A DNA stretch of 64,000 bases, from contig CANNBJ010000004.1 of assembly GCA_947502835.1 (NCBI GenBank), positions 295,669 through 359,668 of the forward strand, in the 5' to 3' direction. Shown piece by piece: positions 57,871 through 64,000 of this stretch. Each line of letters starts with the position of its first letter. Position 1 is the first letter of the stretch. The notes below the pieces were generated by a model, which worked only from the letters and a program-made list of their open reading frames with translations, made no database searches and had not been told where the DNA came from. Source of the stretch: Bdellovibrionales bacterium. Lineage in GTDB: Bacteria > Bdellovibrionota > UBA1018 > CAIMNF01. The translations under genes and the position numbers were made by a program.

Positions 57871-60534
57871 ATGTCGAAATCCGGAAAATCATTTAAAAAA
57901 GTCGAAGGAGTGGATCCGTCCTCGCTTCCCAAGAATCTCGAATTCCCGAAGGTCGAGGCCGAGCTTCAGGCGCGCTGGAGCACTGAGGGCACGTACAGGT
58001 TTCACGAAAATGACACCCGCCCCGTTTTTGCTGTCGACACTCCTCCTCCCACGGTTTCGGGCTCTCTCCATGTGGGCCATATCTTCAGCTACACTCAGAC
58101 CGACATCCTGGCGCGATTCCAGCGCATGAAGGGAAAGAACGTCTTCTATCCGATGGGATGGGACGACAATGGGCTTCCGACCGAGCGGAGGGTGCAGAAC
58201 TTTTTCCACATCCGCTGTGAGGCAAATCAGCCCTACGAGCAGGGGCTTGATCTGCCGCCGATTCTCTCGACGATGACCGAAAAGGAACTCGAGGCAAAGA
58301 AGCTCCCGCAGCGGAACCTTTCGCGCAAAAACTTCATCGAGCATTGCCACAAACTCACACATGAGGACGAAAAGCTTTTCAAGAAACTCTGGAGCCACAT
58401 CGGGTTGTCAGTCGACTGGAGTCTTGAGTACGCGACCATCGACGATCACTCGCGCAAGATCGCACAGTTGAGTTTTTTGGATCTTCACCGCAAGAACGAG
58501 CTGTATCAGGTGGAAGCCCCGACCCTTTGGGATACCGACTTCCAGACCGCAGTGGCGCAGGCGGAACTCGAGGACCGTGAGATTCCGGGCGCCTTCCACG
58601 ACATTGAGTTCGAGGTTGAGGGCGGAGGCACATTCACGATCGCCACCACGAGGCCCGAGTTGCTTGCTGCCTGTGTGGGGATCACCACGCATCCATCGGA
58701 TGAGCGGTATCGCTCGCTCATTGGAAAGTTTGCGGTAAGCCCCCTGTTCGGGGTGCGAGTGCCGATTTTTGGCAGCGAGCTTGTGAATCCCGAGAAGGGG
58801 ACAGGGATCCTGATGGTCTGTACGTTCGGGGATCAAACCGACGTGCAGTGGTGGCGGGAACAGAAGCTGCCGCTCCGCCAGATCATCGGCCGGGACGGAA
58901 GGCTTCAGCCCGTGAATTTTTCGTCCCCGTTGTTTCCCTCACGGAATCCGGAAGAGGCGAGCTCGAATTATCAGGTCATTGTCGGGAAGACCGTGAAGCA
59001 GGCCCAGAAGGCCATCGTCGAAATCCTGCAAGCAAAGGGCGCGCTCAAGAATCCTCCCAAGCCCATTCAGCACGCCGTGAAGTTTTATGAAAAGGGCGAT
59101 CGGCCCGTGGAGATCCTGACCACTCGCCAGTGGTTCGTGAAACTCGTCGACAAAAAAGAAAAAATCATCGAGTACGGATCCAAAATCCAGTGGCATCCGG
59201 AGTTCATGTACTCTCGTTTCAAGAACTGGACTGAGAATCTCAGCATCGACTGGTGCATCAGCCGGCAGCGATTCTTCGGGGTCAGCATTCCGGTGTGGTA
59301 CCCGCTCGATGCAAAGGGGGCGATCGAGTACTCGCGCCCTCTGATGCCGTCACAGGCCCAGCTTCCGGTTGACCCCATGTCGGATGTCCCGGAAGGCTAT
59401 CAGGAATCCCAGCGCGGAAAGCCGGGTGGATTCATCGGAGAGTCGGATGTGTTCGACACCTGGTTCACCTCTTCGCTCACTCCGCAGCTCGGATCGCATT
59501 GGGAGGTGAATCCCGAACGCCACCGCAAGCTCTTTCCGATGGATGTTCGTCCACAGTCACACGAGATCATCCGCACGTGGGCGTTTTATACGATCGCAAA
59601 AGCGATGCTCCATGAAGAAAAAATCCCCTGGAAGCACATTGTGATCTCTGGCTGGGTGCTTGATCCGGATCGGAAGAAAATGTCAAAATCCAAGGGCAAT
59701 GTCGTGACGCCCTCGCAGTTTCTGGACGAGTTCGGTGCGGATGCGGTCCGCTACTGGTCTGGTCTTGCGCGCTACGGGGTCGATACGGCCTTTGATCCGG
59801 GCATCATGAAGATCGGGCGCAGGCTTGCCATGAAGCTCTTCAATGCGGGCAAGTTCGTGCTTGCCCAGGGGGCCATCGAGGGTGCGATCACAGAACCTCT
59901 CGATTTGGCGTTTTTGGCAAAGCTGAAAAAGCAGGTCGAAGATGCAGGGCGTGCCTTTGAAAACTTCGAGCCTGCCCAGGCGCTCATGGAGACGGAGAAG
60001 TTTTTCTGGTCGCACTTCACGGATTCTTATCTTGAGCTGGTGAAGGGCAGAACCTGGGGTGAGAAAACCTCCGCATCCGACCTTGCTGCCAAGGCTTCTG
60101 CGGTTCATGCGCTTCGTTTAGGACTGAGTGCCTTCCTCAGGCTCTTTGCACCCTTCCTTCCGTACACCACCGAAGAAGTGTGGAGCTATGGATTCACTGC
60201 GGTTTCCAAGAGCATCCATCATGCGACCTTCCCGCATGCGGGGGATTTCGACGGGGTCACAGCAGGGGATCCTGCGATCTTTGATGCGGCAATGGCAGCC
60301 CAGAGCGTGATCAACCAGCAAAAAACGGTGTCGAAGGTTTCGATTGCAAGGCCTGTGGTAAAGGCGGGCATGCGAGCCAATTCAAAAACAATCGAGAGCT
60401 TTCTTCCCGCGGCTCGTGATGTGATGGCCGCCTCCAAGGTAGAGCAGATCGACTGGATCAAGGATGAGGCTTTGTCTGCAAATGAGTTCCGGGTGGAAAC
60501 CATCGAATACGGACCGGAGCCGGTAAAGACCTAG
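57871..60534 (+). CDS. valS: valine--tRNA ligase (short, archaeal/eukaryote-like type without C-terminal coiled coil)
   Basis: HIGH-like HVGHIFSY. KMSKS. Editing domain. 887 aa. Confidence 0.85.
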   Translation: MSKSGKSFKKVEGVDPSSLPKNLEFPKVEAELQARWSTEGTYRFHENDTRPVFAVDTPPPTVSGSLHVGHIFSYTQTDILARFQRMKGKNVFYPMGWDDNGLPTERRVQNFFHIRCEANQPYEQGLDLPPILSTMTEKELEAKKLPQRNLSRKNFIEHCHKLTHEDEKLFKKLWSHIGLSVDWSLEYATIDDHSRKIAQLSFLDLHRKNELYQVEAPTLWDTDFQTAVAQAELEDREIPGAFHDIEFEVEGGGTFTIATTRPELLAACVGITTHPSDERYRSLIGKFAVSPLFGVRVPIFGSELVNPEKGTGILMVCTFGDQTDVQWWREQKLPLRQIIGRDGRLQPVNFSSPLFPSRNPEEASSNYQVIVGKTVKQAQKAIVEILQAKGALKNPPKPIQHAVKFYEKGDRPVEILTTRQWFVKLVDKKEKIIEYGSKIQWHPEFMYSRFKNWTENLSIDWCISRQRFFGVSIPVWYPLDAKGAIEYSRPLMPSQAQLPVDPMSDVPEGYQESQRGKPGGFIGESDVFDTWFTSSLTPQLGSHWEVNPERHRKLFPMDVRPQSHEIIRTWAFYTIAKAMLHEEKIPWKHIVISGWVLDPDRKKMSKSKGNVVTPSQFLDEFGADAVRYWSGLARYGVDTAFDPGIMKIGRRLAMKLFNAGKFVLAQGAIEGAITEPLDLAFLAKLKKQVEDAGRAFENFEPAQALMETEKFFWSHFTDSYLELVKGRTWGEKTSASDLAAKASAVHALRLGLSAFLRLFAPFLPYTTEEVWSYGFTAVSKSIHHATFPHAGDFDGVTAGDPAIFDAAMAAQSVINQQKTVSKVSIARPVVKAGMRANSKTIESFLPAARDVMAASKVEQIDWIKDEALSANEFRVETIEYGPEPVKT

Positions 60535-60540
60535 ACGCTT

Positions 60541-60649
60541 AAACTGTCTTTTGGGATTGGTATTTTGTCTCCGAGCCGCATCCTGCGGCCTCGCTTTCGC
60601 GCATCCTGCGCTCGCGAGAGTCGGCAAAATACAAATCCCAAACGACAGT
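60541..60649. repeat. palindromic repeat element copy 4 (conserved core, 26-bp arms); imperfect outer arms extend to 60523-60667 and include the valS stop codon
   Basis: Arms aactgtcttttgggattggtattttg / caaaatacaaatcccaaacgacagtt. Core ctccgagccgcatcctgcggcctcgctttcgcgcatcctgcgctcgcgagagtcggc. Outer arms gtaaagacc / gggtctttac. Confidence 0.7.
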
Positions 60650-60696
60650 TCATGCCTCGGGTCTTTACGCTTCCACGCACCTTATTTTCAATTTAG

Positions 60697-61185
60697 TCAT
60701 TGAAGAATCGCTGGAATGTCGCTTGTCTTCAATTCCATCACGATTGCGGTTTCACCGTTGGAGTAGAACCCCTTCCGTTCATGAGTACGCTTGAATCCGA
60801 TGTGTTCATAAACGCCGATGGCCTGTTCGTTTGAAGCTCTCACTTCGAGAATGATCCTCGGAATTTCCTCGCGCACGGTCTCATTGATCAAGGCGTTCAG
60901 CAGGATCCGGCTCAGCCCGAGACCTCGCCACTTCGGGGCCACGGTCACATTCAAGAGCGAGGTGCCCTCGGCCTGAAGCCAGTACACCAGATAGCCAAGG
61001 ACAACCGAATCCGTTTCGTCGTCGGTGAGGACGAGAACGCGGGAATAAGGGGTATCCATCTCTTTTTGGAAATGGATCTCCGACCAGGGTTCGGGATGGC
61101 TCTCCCTTTCGATCTCAAGAATCGCGGGAAGATCCTCCGAGGTTGCAGGTCGCACGCTGATTGCTTTCGGGTTTTCCATGGGCAT
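60697..61185 (-). CDS. GNAT-family N-acetyltransferase (RimI-like)
   Basis: Acetyl-CoA-binding motif WRGLGLSRILLNALI. 162 aa. Confidence 0.65.
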   Translation of the reverse strand: MPMENPKAISVRPATSEDLPAILEIERESHPEPWSEIHFQKEMDTPYSRVLVLTDDETDSVVLGYLVYWLQAEGTSLLNVTVAPKWRGLGLSRILLNALINETVREEIPRIILEVRASNEQAIGVYEHIGFKRTHERKGFYSNGETAIVMELKTSDIPAILQ

Positions 61186-61271
61186 TTTAGGTATCCCGAA
61201 GGGGTGTGCAAATGCAAGGTGCAGCTGCCGGTGATTTGGGCTAAGCTTTGGGGGCGAGGAGGCGGCATCGA

Positions 61272-62690
61272 ATGAAGCGCGGAGTGATTTATGATGTTCT
61301 CTACGGGTTTGTTCCGATCACCGAGTGGGAGGAGCAGATCATCAATTCGCCCTTTTTCCAGCGTCTTCGTTGGATCAAGCAACTGAGTTTTGCGAACTAC
61401 ATTTTCCCGGGAGCCGAACACAATCGGTTCGGGCACACGATCGGCGTGATGCACTCGATGGACCAGATGCTTCGGGCGCTGGGCCTTGCGGTGCCGGACC
61501 ACGAGCTGTTCGATGCAAAGGCAACTTCTCCCCAGGCCATGCTTCACAAGAGTCTCCGGATCTCGGCTCTCATGCATGACATCGGCACGTTTCCGTTCTC
61601 GCATACGGTTGAATACGCCTACATGAGACATGGAAACGACGAGCGAAGGCTTCCGAAACGCGCAAAAAAGCTTTCCAACAATCATGAACATCTCGGAGCC
61701 TTCATCATCAAGAACACCCGCTACGAGGGTGGAGTGACACGGATCCTCGAGGAGTACGGGTTTGACGTGGCAATGATCTCGAAGATCATCAAAGGCGAGT
61801 CTCCCTATGTGATTGCAAACCAGCTCATGCATTCCGATCTCGATGCCGACCGGATGGACTATCTTCTGCGCGATTCTTATTACACTGGGATCAAATACGG
61901 CCAGTTCGACCGTGATTACATCCTGGCAAATCTCACGACCTTCGAGATCGGTCGCGGCCAGGTCGGTTTCGGGGTTCGGGAAAACGCCATGCGGGCCGTG
62001 GAGGACTTCCTGATTGCCCGCTTCAACTGGTATTCGCAGGTTGTAAAAAACCAGCAATCCTCGAAATTCGACGTGATCTCGACCCAGATCGCCGAGAAGT
62101 TCCTGCAAGAGGACCTGATCCATCAGTTCCACGATCTTCTCTCGATGATCGAGGAGCGGGATGAGCGGTTCTTCTGGTGGAACGACATTTATTTCCTGAA
62201 TCGATGCCAGGAGGTCCGTCACCTTGGTCTGATCGAGGACCGGCCCACCAATGAGTTGATCGAGATGCTTCTGTACCGGAAGGCACCCAAGACCGTGCAT
62301 CATCCCGAGTTTGAGCACCGGATCCTCGAGTCGAGCGGATCCGGGAAGGAACGCGAGAAGCGCATCAAGCGAATCAAGGCGATTGTCGAGGACTTTGAGC
62401 ATGTGATTGAGGAGTATGGAACCGGCGAAGAGTGGATTTTGGCCGACATCCCCGCCAAGGACATTGCCTTCACGGCATCCAAGGACAAGCTCAACAAGAA
62501 GGAACGGAAGGGGCCCCTGTACCTTGAGCTTGAACCGGTGAAGATTGTCACCAAGCGGGGGGGGCCGAAGCTCTTGATCGAGGTCGACAATTCGATCGTG
62601 AAACGCCTCTCCAGCTACATCAATTTCGTGCCGAACGTTTATGCGAACGAGGCGGCGATGAAGCTGTTTAAAGCGAAAAAGTTGCTTTGA
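61272..62690 (+). CDS. HD-domain phosphohydrolase, dNTP triphosphohydrolase (dGTPase/SAMHD1)-like
   Basis: RFGHTIGVMH and LMHDIGTFPFSHT match the R-x-x-H...HDIGH-PFSH pattern of dGTPase-type HD hydrolases. RBS gaggagg precedes ATG 61272. Confidence 0.6.
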   Translation: MKRGVIYDVLYGFVPITEWEEQIINSPFFQRLRWIKQLSFANYIFPGAEHNRFGHTIGVMHSMDQMLRALGLAVPDHELFDAKATSPQAMLHKSLRISALMHDIGTFPFSHTVEYAYMRHGNDERRLPKRAKKLSNNHEHLGAFIIKNTRYEGGVTRILEEYGFDVAMISKIIKGESPYVIANQLMHSDLDADRMDYLLRDSYYTGIKYGQFDRDYILANLTTFEIGRGQVGFGVRENAMRAVEDFLIARFNWYSQVVKNQQSSKFDVISTQIAEKFLQEDLIHQFHDLLSMIEERDERFFWWNDIYFLNRCQEVRHLGLIEDRPTNELIEMLLYRKAPKTVHHPEFEHRILESSGSGKEREKRIKRIKAIVEDFEHVIEEYGTGEEWILADIPAKDIAFTASKDKLNKKERKGPLYLELEPVKIVTKRGGPKLLIEVDNSIVKRLSSYINFVPNVYANEAAMKLFKAKKLL

Positions 62691-62766
62691 CGGGTTGCGG
62701 GTGCGTGAACCGGCCCCTTTCATCAAAAGCATTGCGCACAGGCTGAAGGCGCCTTAAGTTCTAGGG

Positions 62767-63441
62767 GTGGAAGCCTCACGATTGAAATCCCTCATCCTTC
62801 TCTCCGGGGGATTGGACAGCAGCGCCAACCTTGCCTTTGCCCGGCACTTTGACGAGCCGGTGCTCGCGCTCACGATCGATTACGGCCAAAAGGCCGCACG
62901 ACGGGAGATCGAAAGCGCGTCTTTTTTCGCGAAACACTACGGAGTTCCTCATCGGGTGCTGGACCTGAAGTGGCTCGGGGATCTTGGCGGAAGTGCGCTC
63001 ACGGAGGGAGACAAGGGCATTCCCTCGCTTCAGGGCTCGGACCTCGATCATTTGCCGACCACCCAAAAGACGGCGGCCTCGGTCTGGGTGCCGAACCGAA
63101 ACGGTCTCTTCATCAATGTTGCCGCTGCGATCGCGGAGAGCAAGGGCATCCAGCAGGTCGTTGTCGGATTCAATCGCGAGGAAGCGGCGACCTTCCCCGA
63201 CAATTCCTCGCAGTTCCTCGGAGTTTCGACCCTGGCGCTGAGGTACTCGACCCGGAACGGAGTGAAGGTGATTTCCTACACCGAGATGATGGTGAAGACC
63301 GAGATCGTGGATGCGTTGAAGGGGCTCCCGGAGTCGTTTCCCTTTGAGCGTGTGTGGGCTTGTTATGCGGGTGGCGATGAAGCTTGCGGTGTGTGTGAAT
63401 CCTGCAAGCGATTCAGCAGGGCCACGGGAGGTTTGAGATGA
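62767..63441 (+). CDS. queC: 7-cyano-7-deazaguanine synthase
   Basis: PP-loop ILLSGGLDSS. C-terminal zinc-binding cysteines CYAGGDEACGVCESCKRF. GTG start. Confidence 0.8.
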   Translation: MEASRLKSLILLSGGLDSSANLAFARHFDEPVLALTIDYGQKAARREIESASFFAKHYGVPHRVLDLKWLGDLGGSALTEGDKGIPSLQGSDLDHLPTTQKTAASVWVPNRNGLFINVAAAIAESKGIQQVVVGFNREEAATFPDNSSQFLGVSTLALRYSTRNGVKVISYTEMMVKTEIVDALKGLPESFPFERVWACYAGGDEACGVCESCKRFSRATGGLR

Positions 63442-63995
63442 AGTCGCTTTGGATGGAAACCCCGATGCCCTATCACGGGCCCGAGCTCAGGCCTCATTTC
63501 ATTCTCTCGAAGTGGAAGATCGAGGGCTCGGCGCTGATCGCCTTTCGAGGGCCGTGCGAGGTGCAGACCGATCATCTTGTGGATTGGGAGGACCGGCTTC
63601 AGAACGATTTCATCCGGGCACGCGAGATGCTTCATTTCCTGGGAGAGTTTTTCGGAATCACGCTGAAGGAAGGGATCTGGATCCAGAGACTCCTTGTTTC
63701 GGAATGGTGCACGGAGTTGCTTCGTGCGGGAATCGAAGTTCGGAGGGAGGGGGATGATCTGTTTGTCGGGAGCCGCAAGCTCAGTGTTTCGATCGTGACA
63801 GCCTCTCCTGTTTCCGTGCTCCTGCATCTGGGTTTGAATCTCGATCCGGAGGGGGCGCCGGTGCCGGCAGTGGGGCTTGCCTCGCTTCTGGATCCGGAGG
63901 TCATTACGCGGCTCACGCTCCGGGTGCTCGAGCGGTTCGAAGGGGAATATCAGAGTGTCGATCGGGCTTCGGTGAAGGTCCGGCCCGTGATCTAG
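63438..63995 (+). CDS. hypothetical protein translationally coupled to queC (ATGA overlap)
   Basis: 185-aa ORF. Not recognisable as QueD/E/F. Confidence 0.4.
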   Translation: MKSLWMETPMPYHGPELRPHFILSKWKIEGSALIAFRGPCEVQTDHLVDWEDRLQNDFIRAREMLHFLGEFFGITLKEGIWIQRLLVSEWCTELLRAGIEVRREGDDLFVGSRKLSVSIVTASPVSVLLHLGLNLDPEGAPVPAVGLASLLDPEVITRLTLRVLERFEGEYQSVDRASVKVRPVI

Positions 63996-64000
63996 GAAAG

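Noticed and set aside
26868-60649. CRISPR array interpretation of the recurring palindromic sequence
   Set aside because: Copies are tens of kb apart, not regularly spaced. The repeated unit is the core and the flanks are inverted repeats, not spacers.
62691-62766. Possible preQ1 riboswitch upstream of queC (UUCUAG-like motif gttctagg)
   Set aside because: No P1 hairpin of the expected form and no A-rich tail. The motif overlaps the RBS/start region.

Overview
This 64 kb window reads as a chromosomal segment from a Gram-negative bacterium, probably Bdellovibrio-like or another deltaproteobacterial-type predator, though this cannot be confirmed from sequence alone. GC content is about 57% and coding density is high. 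Gram-negative character is shown by three C-terminal-Phe beta-barrel OMPs, MlaE/MlaD, lipoboxes and ComEC. No rRNA, tRNA or CRISPR array was found. The housekeeping backbone consists of glmS, nadE, pfkA, serB, hisS, valS, dut, lipB, queC, rpmG, rpmE, comM, comEC, an RsmB-like methyltransferase, a Pif1-like helicase, a PhoH2 (PIN-PhoH) protein, a SWIM-SNF2 helicase, and a lipid module (PAP2, MFS, CDP-alcohol phosphatidyltransferase, MlaE, MlaD). Accessory and unusual content, in order along the window: (1) 1-6494 holds an operon of four large Cys-rich secreted lipoproteins, two of them sharing a Cys-Thr-Asn lipobox; (2) 16.9-24.8 kb holds a divergent locus pairing a secreted protein-glutaminase-like (transglutaminase-fold, Cys-His-Asp) protein and a 730-aa unknown with a 1271-aa fusion protein carrying a circularly permuted ATP-grasp amidoligase domain, an alpha-E-like helical region and a C-terminal HExxH zincin motif, which I propose as a candidate protein/peptide modification system; (3) 32.8-35.5 kb holds an orphan CpaF/VirB11-type secretion ATPase translationally coupled to two secreted proteins; (4) a family of four ~110-nt intergenic palindromic elements with a conserved ~60-nt core but copy-specific, fully covarying arms, two copies bracketing a low-GC AAA+ (DUF4143) ATPase gene that is itself flanked by perfect 34-bp direct repeats; (5) a translationally coupled HD-hydrolase, QueC and unknown ORF at the window edge. 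All function calls rest on motif-level reading of the translations and need homology searches to confirm.
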